From positions 159,836,001 to 159,900,000 of the forward strand of contig NC_042998.1 in assembly GCF_006345805.1 (NCBI RefSeq): a stretch of DNA of 64,000 nucleotides, in the 5' to 3' direction. The notes beneath the pieces were generated by a model. It had not been told where the DNA came from, ran no database searches, and worked only from the letters and a program-made list of their open reading frames with translations. This DNA comes from Octopus sinensis (taxonomy: Eukaryota). Positions within the stretch are counted from its first letter, which is position 1. Every line of letters begins with the position of its first letter. Made by a program: the position numbers and the translations under genes. Of the stretch, positions 49,761-64,000 are shown piece after piece.

Positions 49761-52700
49761 GCTTATATATTTATTAGATAGACAGACAGACAGATAGATA
49801 AATATAAATATGTATATATATGCATACACACAAACACACACACAATGGGCTTCTTTTAGTTTCCTTCCACAAAGCTTACTTGCAAGGTTTTGGTTAGCCC
49901 AGAGCTATAGTAGAAAACAATTTCTCAAAGAGCCATGCAATATGACTGCATGAATCCAAAACTATGTGACTGGAAAGTGAAGTTGATAACTTCACACATT
50001 CTTTAAACAACTATGAAAATGAATAAATATGAAAAGATACATACAAGTATGGAGGATGATAAAATCAGAAGAGCAATTAATAAAATACCTAATGACATTC
50101 AGTTACCCCTCTTTTTTACATTCTGATTTGAGTCCTACTTATGTCAAATTTGCCTTTTAGCCATCTGAAGTCAATAAAACAAAAATACCCGTCTACAGAG
50201 TTGATATGACCAACTTTACTCTTGAACGTTAGTACACCAGCATAGGCACAGTCTAATGAATGAAGCCAGTAAAAGAATAAAAAAAATATATCCACAAATT
50301 TTCTTCTAACTGATCATATTAATAATGTTCATCACTATTGATATTCATATCTGTTCATTGATTTCATTTAATTAAGTTGACCCCAAAATTGGAAATAATC
50401 TATATCATTTATTGTAGACTGCCATAGCTTGTCTTGCATCTTTCTTCATGTAGGAATGAAAAAAAAATGCAGATGTTTTTTGTTGTTGTTGTTGCTTGTT
50501 TTTTGTTTTTTTGTTGTTGCTTCTTTTTTGTCACTTAAAATCTTCTCTTCTTGGGGATAATTATACTACAAAGCCTGATACAAATTATAGGTATCAGTTA
50601 ATCATCATCACCTATCTTCATCGTCATAACTCTCACTATGACCATCATCATCACCATCAATACTGCTTTGTTAACTTTACTTTTTTAAAAAGAAAGGTTG
50701 CTTATCCAAGCTGGCATGAATTGGATGTTCCACAAGTCATTCTTTCACAATACACATCAATCCTCTGCACTTCATCAACTGAGGTCTCAGTATTCACAGA
50801 TGATCTGACATATCTATCTCACATCCTCATCTTACCAAGTCTCTTTATATATATATATATATATATATTTATATCAAGGAGATCTTTTTAAATTTAGTGA
50901 ATTGATTCACTAAATTTGTGTAAAATTCATTTACATTACATAACCACAACAAAGTAATTATTTTGTTTTATAATCTATCACCAATCTCAACTCATTTCTC
51001 ATAAATTAACATAACTCAACCAACAGACTAAATTCCAGATAGTTATATCTCACTAGCATCAAATTTTTGGATGCCTTTAGCAGACTTCTCTTTTTCGGCA
51101 AGCAATGGGTCTAGACCCCAGTTTTTGTCATTCCTACAAACATTGATGACTTACAGATGTCAAGGTAGGGCACAGAGTGAATCTTCCCACTTTAAGAGTA
51201 CCTGCTGCAAACATTAGGATCTCTGCACCTCTTCTCAGAAATACTTGATATAAGTTAAAAAGCAGACAGACATTTTCACCTGAATAAACTTTTTTTTAAA
51301 TTAATAAAACAAAGATAACTACAGCATCACATCTCACATAGTATGTGATTTGTATTTTCTAGAGACTGTTTTAATCATAGTTTAATGAGATTTCAGACAA
51401 TACTTTTTTTAACCTGCTTAGTTGTTTTGTTACTTTCAGCAGTTAAAAGGGTAAAACAAATCAAAAATTTTTCAACATCAAGTTGCAATTGTTTTTTGCT
51501 TCTTTTTTGTTTATTTTCTATAGCTTACCATAAAGGTGAGCAAATACGTTAATCTTTAAGACTAAAAGGCAACAAAATAAGAAAAACAGAGAATTAGAAA
51601 TAAAAAATATCAACATAGAGGAATTTAGGAAAAGAAAAATGTATGAGAAATACAGTGAAGGGTACAAAATTAAAAAGAGGTTGACAAAGAAACTAAGTAT
51701 AAGGAAATGAAAGTGAGGTGGGGACCAAAAAGGGAAGAGAAAAAATTCATTAAGACTGAAGAGAAGAAAAGCTAGAAGAGATAGAGAGAGATTAAAGGGG
51801 TGCTCAGAAAGAGGTGGAAAAACATAAATGTATACGGAAAAGGAACAAAAAAAAAGGAAAAGAAATAGAATAGAGGGAGTTAGAGAAACAAGCATGGGAA
51901 AGAAGAAATAGAAGTAGACAGCCTCTAAAAAGATATTTAAGTATTCAAGATTAAAATTTCACTGGAATAAACTTTGCTTGCTGGCATAAACTTAGTAACT
52001 GAATATCAAATCAAAATGGTAAAGAACAAAAAACAGTCTAAATAATCTCATAAACTTTTACAACTGTAATGTAAAGTTGATGTTTTCTGTAAATGCTTTT
52101 ATTTATTTTCCTCTTATTTCATGACTAGAATTCATTTTAAGATTTTTAAAAATAAAACCCAATTACCAGCCTGTGAAATCTATGAATCTGGATACAGAGG
52201 AGTGTAATCAAAAGAATTTGATATTATCATTAATAAGAAAAATTGCATTAATGCATATACTAATCGAATACTGACAAGTAACTGTTTGTCAATAGTAATA
52301 TATAACTAGAAATTAAGCTTGGCAATTGGAAACTATATAAAAAAATATCAATATAATGTAAGATGTCTCTCTCTCCCTCTCTCCCTCTCCCTCTCCCTCT
52401 CTAACTCTATATCTATCTATCTACCTATCTATCTATCTCTATCTCTCTGTTTCTATCTCACCTGCTCTCTTTCCCAAATGAGTGCATCTGTAAATGTGTG
52501 CATGTGAGGTTGTTTTGTTTTGTTTTGTTTTTGTTTTGGGGGAGTTTTTGCCATATGCTTCTAGAATGTTTAAAGCAACTCATTTTTATCATGACAGGTT
52601 TAAATATAAAGTCAGTGAAACAAGTAGTTTCTCTCAAATTAGTTCTCTGACCTTATTTCTGATTAACTTTCATGTGTAAGAATTGCAATCAAGCCATTTA

Positions 52701-53559
52701 GATCAGTCCATGATAGTAATAAAGTGCCAAATATATATATATATATATATTGGAGAGTGAATGACAGTGAAAGAAAATTGAGATTATTTATTATTTTTTA
52801 GTAAATCAAATAATTATATAGTATGTTGGAGCAGACAGTAAATTATTTAATTACTTTCAGAAACAAATTTAACTAGATTTTTATGATGCTGTCATTATTG
52901 AAACTTTGTATAAAGCTATATTAATAACAGTTTATTAATATTGATTTGTTACATAAGAATGATGGGTTTTGTAGAATCAGAAGATTACTTGACTAAGTGC
53001 TATTCCATGTTGTGCGTTCTAATTCTGCTAGGGCCAATTTTGTCTTTCAAATTTCGTGGATTTTTAAAATAAATACCTGTAATACATACAATAGTAGTTT
53101 TGATTGATAGTACTCTGGCTTGCACATAAACAGTCCTTGAATATAAATAAGAAACTAATATCAATTTCCAACATTGAGTGGTTTATAGGAGAGGAAAAGT
53201 GAAATGGTGTGATCATCATATTCTCTTCAAGGACATTTAATGATATAGCTGACATGAAATGCCAACAACCAGAAATGAAAGCCCGATCTCAGACTTAATT
53301 TACCATGAATTTATCTCAAATCTTTAGTACTTGCCATAATTGATATTGATTTTATACTCAGATAAAGAACTAAAATTGGTAAAAAAAAGGTTGCAAACAA
53401 ATTGTTTAACATTCATGCTATTCCCCAGTTCATCAATAACATAAGATAAAATGGCTACAATCTGATATTGCCTGAAAAGGACATCTATTTATACAGGACC
53501 CAGAATTCAAGACAGGCTATTTATGACATTATCACCAACATTTAGCATCCATATTCCAC

Positions 53560-54100
53560 GCTGGCATAGGATGCATAATTTGACAGGCTCTGACAGGTCA
53601 GAGGACTGTGATTAACTCCAATGTTTGCATTTGCACAGCTTCTACAGCTGGATGCCCTTCTTAAATCCAATCACTTTACAGAGTGTATTGGGTGCTTTTT
53701 CATATCACTGGCACTAAAGAGGTCGGCAAGTAGCTCACAAACAAGACGCCTTGATTGAGAGGGGGTATAGAATTGAAGGAGGTAGCTTTATGCTAGGTAT
53801 TAAGAGGTAAGAGTATGATAGAGGCATAGGAACAGGTGTCTTGCTGTAGAGAAGATACATGGCTACTCCACCTGGCAAAGGAGAAGAGAGGACAGTGATG
53901 AGGTGTCAAGATGTACTTTCAAGGTACAAGAGGATGAATGAAAGAGGATAGGGAAAGAACAGGTGAGGGAGATGGGAACAGAGGAGCAGTTAAGCTCATG
54001 AGAGTGTGGGGTGAGTGACAGATGGTCAGAGGTGGAGACATAAGTGATGCAGCTCCGTTGCATGACTTTTGGAGGCCCCAGCAACTTTTTGTTTCAAGGC
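53560..54100 (-). mobile_element. RTE-tail repeat
   Basis: tttagcatcc..ctacagctggatgcccttc; similar copies at ~58220-58660 (minus) and 63700-64000 (plus). Confidence 0.7.
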
Positions 54101-54923
54101 CCAATTCCTTCAATCAAAATTCATAATCTACACACCTCTTATTCATGGCTATATTTTACTTTATTCTATCTGAGGTTCAATATTTCATGTTATTCTAAAG
54201 AACATCTTTAAAAGTACAAGTTAAATTTATTTAGGCCTATTACAAATTTCAATAAGTACAACTTCCAGATATGAATAAAAGAGCACTTTTATAATCCAGG
54301 CAACTTTCAAAGACAAATACGGCACACTTTGCACTACTTAAAATCATTGGTAATTTCAGAATAATCAAGCTGAGAGCTAAGATCATGTTCAGTAGATATC
54401 ATAGACAATCCACAAAGTCTGGTACACGTTCGTGGTACAATGATATTTTTACAAGAACTTTTGCAGATGCAATGTATTACCCTTTTATTTCTTGAAATTT
54501 TCAGTTAACATAGTTTAATTCTTGTTCAGCATCTTAATCAAAGTAAATAGATAACTCATCTACATACTATGATCTTAACATGGGGTCCCTCAACCACAGA
54601 GGCCCTCTGCAACCACAGGAGTTGCAGGGGCTTAGCGACAGCCCTGAAATGATGCGCTGAATGGCAAACAGGGGAGGGAACTCAGCAATGGTGAATATTT
54701 ATAGATATTATCAATGAATGATAATATCTATAAATGAGAAAACATAATTTTTATTATGCAGGAGATATATACATACTTTTGTAAATATGTCCAAATCCAA
54801 AAGTTACAAATATTTCAGCAACTAAACTAAATAAAACAATTGTTTCTTTAGTAAGGTGATAAGTCAATTAAAAGTAAAAGTAGACAAGTACTGATGCAAA
54901 AAATCAAGAACAAAAAATTAATT

Positions 54924-54957
<34 letters not shown>

Positions 54958-54959
54958 AG

Positions 54960-55530
54960 GTATGACTGAGTGTTAAGAAGTTTCCTTCCCATCCACATGC
55001 ACCTTGAGCAAGTACTTTTTACTCTAGCTTCAGGTCAACCAGAGCCTTGTGAATGGATTTGGTAGATGGAAACTGGAAAAAGCCTGTTGTACATGTGCGT
55101 GTGACTGAAACAAATAAAAGATAAAAGACATGTGTAAAAAAATCTTCAGTCCCAAAGTGTGACACCTTGAGAAAGTGTCTTCTACTATAGCCAAGAGATT
55201 TGGGAATGAATTTGGTAGATGGAAACTGAAAGAAGCCTCTGTGTGCATGTGTGTGCATGCGTGCGTGCATGCATGTGTGCATGCATGTGTATGTGTATGT
55301 GTGCATGTGTGTACGTGTGTGCATGCATGTGTGCATGCATATGTATGTGTTGTGTTTGTCCATCACCACAGCTTGACAACAGTGTTGGTGCGTTTACATC
55401 CCAGTAACTCAGCAAAAGACTAATAGGAAAAGTACTAGGCTTTAAAAAAATATGTTCTGGGGTCAATTTGTTCAACTAAACCCTTCAAGGCGATGCCCAA
55501 GCATCAGCATAGTTAAATGAGTGAAACAAG
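54960..55530 (+). mobile_element. SINE family A with a partially duplicated head
   Basis: Two successive tggatttggtagatggaaactg segments. Confidence 0.75.
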
Positions 55531-57826
55531 TAAAAGAGAAAAGAATAATTTTCAGGTCTGATTTGAATTTAGCTGATATATAGGCATCTCATACTAATAA
55601 TAGAGATAACTTTAAAATCATAACCACTAACAGAAAAAATTCAAGAAATATATTAAACAAAATCAGAAAATGATAAATATGTTAGCAAACATTTTAATAA
55701 TGTAAACTAATCTTTGTTCTCATGGATTTTTGAGGAAAATTTAATTAGAGATTTCTTGAAAAGAGAGAATCCAATTAAGCTGGATTTTCAATTTTTTTTA
55801 TTTTTTCATTTATGCATAATTTTTTTAACTACTTGATAAAGATGCTTTCATTTTCTTTTGTTTTTTGGTTAAAAATATATGAAAAAAAAACATTACAAAA
55901 AAGAAAAGAAAACAAGGAATGCATTTGCTGCTTTAATTGAAATTGCCATTAGGATCAACAATCTAAATCAATTCCTGAATGAAATCTTTTCCCCCAATTT
56001 AGCAATGTTACTGTTATTTATTTGGCTACTGCTTTTCATTGGAAGTTAATTATTTTTCCAGAGAAAAAAATAAAGAGCAGTCCCTGAAAATAAATTATAG
56101 AATAATTAGTAATTTCCCTTCTTTCAAATAAATCTATAGATTACAGATTATGGTTCTGCTGCTTCTCAAAATTTTAAAACTTTATAGATATCATCATGCT
56201 ACTAAGTTCTCAAAGAAGTAAAGATTCCTCATCGATAGATTCCTTTCAGTAAAGATTTTCTATGATAGAGATTTATTTTGCACTTGAGTTTTGATTTTTG
56301 TCATTTTGTTTTGTCTTTTAAAAATTAATTAAAGAACATTATCACAAACAGAGGCAGTATAGTTGAGATGTCAGATTCCAGACTACAAAGTCATGAAGTT
56401 AAACTTTACCACTTCAGTCATTCTTTTGCGCCAATGGGCAAGACACATAGCTCTGCTTGGCTAAGATAGCATGGCTGACTAACAGTTTCCTGTCCTAATT
56501 TAGGGTTGAGAAGTAGTGACATTTCTCTTAACAATAAGCAAATTTTCAGAAATAACCTACTTATAATGATTGGTTTGGCCCACTCCATTAGGAACACCAG
56601 GCCTCAACAGATAATAGTTTGCACTCTCTGGTCCTGTGCAAGTAAAAGTAGGTCTGCTACCATTATTTTATGTTTGTTCAAGTGATCCTTCAGGTTATCA
56701 CTCTTTGCTGCTGTCTTCTGCTCCTTCTCCTAAATGACAGTCAGTCATTTAGCTATTTAATAATGCGAATATTGTTCATTTACTCTACCATCTTCCCATG
56801 ACAGCTTACAATTAATTTACTTACAAGTTAATCTCAGTATTAGTAATATAATCATTAGATTTTACCTTCCCTGTTCCCAATAGCTTAACTCAGAAAAATA
56901 CATGTTGAGTCAACAAGGGAACTTCTATGTTGTCACTGAAGCTGTTAAAAATTGCAAACAAACTCCCCTCAAACCATATTTTACTACCTTTAAAAAAGAA
57001 GGACGCATTAGGCAATTTCTTCCTGGATAAATTATCTACTTGATCAAAGCTAATCTGAATCAAAAGTTTGTAAAACAGTGAAAAAAGAAATGCATCTATT
57101 AAAATTGTTTATCTTTCCACTCAATTTATTGTTTTGAAGACACAAATAATATAAAAATACCATAAAGCATATGGATTTTAAAAAAAGAATGAATGGAGAG
57201 GGGAAGTGTGAATATCAAAAAGTGGCAGCAACAGCAAGCAGTCTAAGAGAGGTATAACTTTAAATAAAATTGATGTAGGATAGAAAAGACTCATTAGTTT
57301 TGTCACAGACAATCTCTCAAGTGCTATAAGCATGAAAAAAAATGCATCCAGCCCATAATGTAAAATAGTTGATGGTAGGAAAGCTATCAAGTGGTTAAGC
57401 CATACCAAAAGTAATAACATACACACTAACAAAAAGAGACAATTTGTTTTCTGTTGCTGCTTTGAGCCAAAATTGACCTTACTGCTTGGCATGCTTCTTT
57501 GTGATATTTTCAACATGATGAACAAGTGTAACTAGAGACAAGGTGCTGTGAGCACTTCCAACCCAAACTAGCATGGAAATGCATACATATGATGATGATA
57601 ACAGCAATGACGATGATGATAGATAAATGCTAAGTTTTCATACAAGGAAATTCTGTTGGTTAAAAACCCCGAGAGAGAACATGCAATTCTGAATACCAAA
57701 GGATTATGATTTCATCATAGTTAAATCTTATTCAGCTTTGGTACAACAAGAAACACACATATTCTCTATTCAGAGGATTAATTCCAAATATTTGTACTAA
57801 ATGAACTCAAAGAGTATGCTTCATTC

Positions 57827-57857
<31 letters not shown>

Positions 57858-58689
57858 TGTCTTTGGTCTATTTTTCCAGTTCTTTAAGCTTTTTAATGCT
57901 ATTATTTCATATCAATGACTGAATATGAGATGAGAACACGTAATTTCTTCGGCTGGCTTCCCCATCATCAAACTTGACAGTATTGACAGGCTAAGTGCTA
58001 CCCGCTTTTAGTTAATATAGCTCAGTCTACTTGCAGCATGGCTTTCAGTTTAAAAATTATAACCCAAAAGATAGAGCTCTGGTGCTAATGGTATAAAGGA
58101 GTGCAGTGTTTTTAGGAAGAAATGAATGGAGACATGTACAGTAGAGAGGATAGACAAAGCTATGTCCAGACGGTTAATTACTCACTAATCATAGAAGTAG
58201 TCTATACAAGAGTTGGTAATATCATCACCATTTAGCATCCATTTTCCATACTGGCATGAGTTGGACATTTTGATAGGAGCTAGTTAAGCAGAAGACTACA
58301 CCAGGTTTCACTGTCATTTTTGGCAGGGCTTTTGCTGCTGGATGCCTTTCCTAATACCAACCACCTTACAGAGTGAACTGAGTGCTTTTTACATGGCACC
58401 AGCACTGGCGATGCCTGTTTTGACATGGTTTTTCCACTTGGATATGCTTCAGAATACCAACCACCTTACATTGTGGACTGGATGCACCAGCACTGGTGGG
58501 GTCACCCAGTAACTTGCAAGACAAAGATCCTTTGAGGGGAGGGGTATTGGAGGAGGTGGCCTTGTACCAGGTGATGAGAGGTTAGAGTGTGACAGAGGGA
58601 GAGAAACAGGTGTGTTGCTGTAGAGAAGATACATGGTTAGCCAGGTCAGAGGGGGAGAGCAAGAGAGGAGGAGTGAGAGAGATCAAGTA

Positions 58690-58819
<130 letters not shown>

Positions 58820-59040
58820 TATTCTTTTATACTTTTATATGTTTCCAGCATGTGGCCATTCTGGAGCACCTTAAAGGGTTTTAGTCAAAGAAATCGACTC
58901 CAGGACTTAGTCTTTGTAAGCCTACTACTTATTCTATTGGTCCTTTTTGCTGAACTGCTAAGTTACAGGGACATAAACACACCAACATCAGTTGTCAGAT
59001 GGTGGTTGGGGAACGAACACAGACACAAAAACACACACAC

Positions 59041-59099
<59 letters not shown>

Positions 59100-59176
59100 G
59101 GGTAATAAGAATTATAGAAATTATTATTACCAGTCACCTAGCACAAAAAATTAGTCAATAGACTATATAGTATTCA

Positions 59177-59265
59177 CATAAAAATATCGTGTACATTAAA
59201 ACACATTAAGAGGTTTCCTAATTGGAAACCTCTTAATGTGTTTTCATGTACACAATATTTTTATG
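59177..59265. repeat. 42-bp hairpin with a 5-nt loop
   Basis: 59177-59218 versus 59224-59265, 2 mismatches. Confidence 0.85.
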
Positions 59266-59269
59266 TATG

Positions 59270-59332
<63 letters not shown>

Positions 59333-59515
59333 GGCTTCTTTCAGTTTCCATCTACGAAATCCACTCATAAGGCTTTGGTCGGCCTGAGGCTATTGTAGAA
59401 GACACTTGCTCAAGGTATCATGCAGTGGGACTGAACATGGAACCATGCAGTTGGGAAGCAAGCTTCTTACCACACAGCCACATCTGCACATTTGTTTGTG
59501 TGTGTGTTATAGGTA

Positions 59516-60439
59516 ACTAGCAGTATTGCCCGGCTTTGTGTGACTATTAATCGCACTGAGGAAAATCAATTAATCTGCGAGTGCAAAATCAATACTTTCT
59601 TACACAATGTACGTATGTGCGCTCGTGCGTTCTATGCATGTGCGAATTAAGCTAAACTTGGATGAAGTTCAATCAAAATTCAATTATTTTGGTTTTAAAA
59701 TCAAGCATTTAATGCCCTCTATTTTTGCGCTTATGTGTTCCATTTCCTCAATAGGAAGTACGTAGAAGCATTTCATAAATTTTTGTTGATCAAATAATTG
59801 CATTGTTGAATTATTCTTTTAGATCAGTATTTCTCAACGGGGATTTCAGGGAAGAGTTTCAGGGAGTCGCTGGCGATGTATCGTGATGATCAAAAATCCG
59901 ACCTGCTAAAATTTGGTTAAAGTGATTCAAACTGCAGACTCAACGCAAAATGGTCACATTTAATTCAAAGCGTTAAAAATGTTATGAAAACATTTGGTAT
60001 GTGTTCACAAAGTCCAAACGATTAATACGAAAAAAACCCTCCAGGCTACATCCCGAAAATTCATTTCTTTGCCGAATTTCTACAATGTTTATGGCGATTC
60101 GTTTTTATATCTTGATTTTTTATTTTTCATGCAATTTACGCATGCTTGTACATGTGGTGAACACAGTTCACGTCAAACAGTTGACTGAGTAAAGTTCACT
60201 ATTCAATGCATGGGATAAGGCCTAAACAAACACATTATCGATTTTTGCACTTGTGAGATGAATTTCGGAACAGAAATAGCGCAGTTCAATTTTCATTCGC
60301 CTAAACTTTAAGTGACCCATTTTTGGTGGTTCTACGATTTGTTGGCTAGGAGGAGATGTGCCGGGAAGTTAAACACACACACACACACACACAGATACAC
60401 ACACAGACACACAGTTACACACTCAGACGCGCAAGTTGA

Positions 60440-60470
<31 letters not shown>
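59516..60470 (+). mobile_element. Helentron-associated / DINE-1-like non-autonomous element
   Basis: 5' actagcagtattgcccggc; 3' end with (CA)n then gagttttatatata; internal tagatcagtatttctcaac (hAT-like TIR) at ~59820. Confidence 0.5.
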
Positions 60471-60475
<5 letters not shown>

Positions 60476-60619
60476 AATTGAGATAGGGGTTGTAAATGCA
60501 ACCCTCCATGGGATAACATATATCCAGTCTCTTATGTGGTGGTTTAATAAAGTATGTGATTGAGTATTATCTGGTAATTGATATTTGATTTAGATGTATT
60601 TCTCCATTTTCTTATCTTG

Positions 60620-60654
<35 letters not shown>

Positions 60655-60999
60655 TATGTATCTGTAATATAATATATACAAATATATATATATATATATA
60701 TATTGTTTTGCATTCTTGTCCCATTTTGTATTTTATATATACAATGGAAAAAAAGAAGACAAAGAAAATTCTTTAAGACATCTTTAATTATAAGTTACAC
60801 ATGTTTCTGTACCGTCTCCATTTGCAAAACCAGTTTACACAAAAATTCTAAATGAAAAATTACATAATACATGTGGTTATGGGCATTGAAGAGGCGCTTT
60901 CTCAGACTTGCATCAAAGTCATGATATTACATTGTGCGTCTATCAGACCTTGTTCTTACGAAAGCGTTGGGAGGAAAGGAAAAGGAGAAGGAAAGAAGG

Positions 61000-61580
61000 C
61001 AGGCAAAAAGAGAATAATAATAAACTTTTGTTTCTCTTACTATTAATTGGTCAGATTAAAACAAAATAAAATAAAATTTGTCACTCTTGAAAGTATTACT
61101 TATCTAGCTTTTTAACCCATTTTCATAAAAGTTATGAGGAAAAAACTCGAATCTTGTGAATTTTCCAAAGTCATCTGCACATTTTTGTCTTCATATTCGT
61201 TTCTTACACATTTTTTTACACCCATTGCACTATTTTTTTTATTTCGTTTCCTGGTAAAATTGTAAACATTAACCATCTTTTACATACACCTTAAAAATGA
61301 CTGGATATATTAATCCCAGATTGCAGATTGTGGCATATTAGGTCACTGTAATTCATTCCTCGAAGAAAAAAAAAAAGAAAAAGGTTAATGTTTACAATAT
61401 TACCCAGAAATGAAATCAAAAAAGAAATAGCGCAACGGGTGTAAAAAAAAATGTGTAGGAAAAAAAAGCTAGGTAAGTAATACTTTCAAGAGTGACAAAT
61501 TTCATTTTATTTTGTTTTAATCTGACCAATCAAAAATAAGAGAAACAAAAGTTTTTTATTATTATTCTCTTTTTTCCTGC
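61000..61580. mobile_element. Two-tier foldback element
   Basis: Outer arms ~61000-61112 and 61463-61580; inner arms ~61200-61273 and 61382-61460. Confidence 0.8.
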
Positions 61581-62399
61581 CAATAATTTCAATTTTATTT
61601 TACTATCACATATTGTATGTTGGGATTGAGCTTTGCTGCTGTCTCCAAGTGTGTCTTTATCTCTACATTATATTGCTCTACCTCACTACCCATCTCACTC
61701 TTTATCTCCTTATCTTATCCTCTTCTTTTTGCACCTCTTCATTTATATATTTTCTGTTTCCCCTCATCCTTTCTCTCTGCTTGCTCTTTCCCCTCACCTT
61801 CTCTCTCTGATTTTCTGTCTCCTTCTCTCTCTCTGCTTACCCCCTCTCTCTTACTGTCTCCCTTTTTTGCTCAGCTTTTCCTCTCTCTTTCTCTCATTTT
61901 TCTCTGCCTTTCTTAATTACCTACACATTCCTCTCTCTTATCCTCATTTTTCTCTCTCGGTTTTATCTCCATTTACATTTCTCTGTCTCTCCTCTCATTG
62001 ATTACTTTTACATACCCTCTCTCTCTCTCTCTATCTATCTATCTTTCCCTCTCTGCATATCTATTCCTACATCTTCTTGCTCTCCCTTTCTCCTTATCTC
62101 AGTAGCATGGACCTCAACAAAGCTACTACACCAAAGACAGTATATACTTTAAAATACACAGAAACCCTTAGTTTGAAGAAATAAAAACCACTCTGATTGC
62201 AGGAAATCACTAAAAACCACTCTGATTGAAGAGACCCTCAAGAGTTTTGGTTTTCACTAAACTATGGCTCAAACTGGAAGGAAAAGGAATGAATTCATTC
62301 ATTCATATGTCCTGAGTAAACCTCACATAGATCTACTACATAACATTTTCAAAGAGAGGCAAAAACAGAAGCTGAAAAAGAAACCAGTGGTTCAACGGA

Positions 62400-63110
62400 A
62401 TCTGGGAAGGGTCAGGGTGATGCTGTGAGAGAGGAACACAACAAAACAGACATCAACACCCTGAACAATTGTGAGCCCACAGAGAACAACAGCAGCAAAG
62501 CAAAGGTCCACCAAGAAAAACAGAAGCCAAAGATGAAGATGAAGGCACAAACAAGCAAGCAAGTTGAGGATGATCATAGGTCAAGTGCAAAAACAGAAAG
62601 AAGTAGAACCTACAAAGACAATGGCTCTGGAATAAATAAAGAAAAAAAGCCCATGACCCATGTGAGTGGTACTCATTTTGCTCACCCTAAGGCCAGAGAG
62701 AAATAAAAAAAATTTGTTGTTTTTGTAAAATCTCAGAAAACAACTCCACAAGGATCAACAAGGACACAAGCCCAGTTCACAAAACATAATGCCTCCACCT
62801 TGGAAATATGTGGATGGTGCACACACTGTTTCTAAGAGGAAAAAATATGTAGATGCAGTGCAAACAGCAACTGTTGAACATTAATTTTATGGGGATATGG
62901 CACGGAGGATTATGAGGCAGCTGACCTGGCTCCATCAGACATTGAGTTTGTGAAACATGTACCAAAACTCAAGACCACTTCATAGTCAGAAAACTTGGAG
63001 AATGGTTACATGACTTCTTAAAAGACAGAAGCCAGGCTGTGGCAGCCAGTTGAGCCCTCTCCAAGAAGACAGTGATAGCAAGTGCCTCAGGGAACTGTCC
63101 TGGAGCTGCT
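62400..63110 (+). mobile_element. CR1/L2-like LINE remnant
   Basis: KLGEWLHDFLKDRSQAVAAS..PQGTVL-like RT remnant at ~62990-63110; upstream charged, Cys-rich ORF1-like stretch. Confidence 0.55.
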
Positions 63111-63273
63111 GCTGTTTATGATGTCTCTTGTCTCTTTCAGATATGCCATCAGTTACTCAGACAATTACACTTAGTAGCTATGCTGAGAACACAATATATA
63201 TATATATATGATAAATAGATAGATAGATAGATATACATACATGTATATATATATAGATGTATATGTATATGTA

Positions 63274-63338
<65 letters not shown>

Positions 63339-64000
63339 AATATTATTTAAAAGACATCAGCTGAGAAACATGCAAGATAGATAAAAAAAACACACATATA
63401 TACACACACATCATATCCATCTGGAAATCAAATTAACCCATTTAGTATTTAGTAAGCTAGGTAAAAGGCTAGAATCAGAGCTGTTATTTATTATTGCTAT
63501 TTAATGTTAGAAATTAGATGGAAGAATATCAATGGCTGCAGTGGGGATAGCAAATATATTTATTCTCATTATGTACAAGTGAGATGCAACTTCCACAAGC
63601 TGCATTGCAAGCTACCCTTCTAGAAGAGCAGTAAATCAGAATAAGAAATTAGATAAGGATAGCAGATAATCTTTAGTTTCGCTCATATAGAACAACTGCT
63701 CTAGTGCTGGCAGCAGAACGGAATGCATCCAGTGCACTCTGTAAAGTGGATGGTAATGGGAAGGACACCTATCTGTAGGAAATATGGCAGAACAGAAAGT
63801 ATGGGTAAAGAGTGGATTGTGTATGACACATCACATAACACATTACAGGTTACTCTCTTTGATTTTCCCATATTGGACAACTTTCCAAGTGTCAGTGCCA
63901 GTGGCACAATAAGATTCCCAATTCACACTGTTGGTTAGTGTTCTCTGTTGCTGTATGTACAAGATAATGCAGATCATGATGACCTATCAAACCCATGCCA

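Noticed and set aside
51155-51279. Candidate minus-strand exon, open in one frame (ENVCLLFNLY..CPTLTS) with a GTAAGT donor
   Set aside because: A-rich acceptor and no recognisable protein similarity or partner exon; cannot be supported without RNA data
57178-57525. 115-aa hydrophobic ORF with MLIALERL, reminiscent of a GPCR TM3 motif
   Set aside because: Hydrophobicity is expected from a T-rich strand; no other GPCR motifs or flanking frames found

Overview
AT-rich, microsatellite-dense metazoan DNA. The SINE families, RTE tails and repeat style look like a coleoid cephalopod, most likely Octopus; this is recalled from memory, not searched. I could not support any intact host protein-coding exon: nearly all ORF-track entries are microsatellite read-throughs or transposon fragments. 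The window holds decayed non-LTR retrotransposons (R4/Dong-type RLE, RTE, Tx1/L1-type, CR1-like), a Tc1/mariner cluster at 12.7-15.4 kb, tRNA-derived SINE families, foldback/MITE-like hairpins and one CpG-rich housekeeping-type promoter at about 19.6-19.9 kb. The most striking unexplained signal is a set of small non-coding mobile units carrying minimal type I hammerhead ribozyme cores (CUGANGA...GAAA, palindromic stem III, NUH site). They fall into several sequence families and occur either as a ~354-nt circularly permuted monomer or inside foldbacks, consistent with Penelope-like/retrozyme-type elements. Coordinates were read by eye, and repeat boundaries are approximate (tens of bp).
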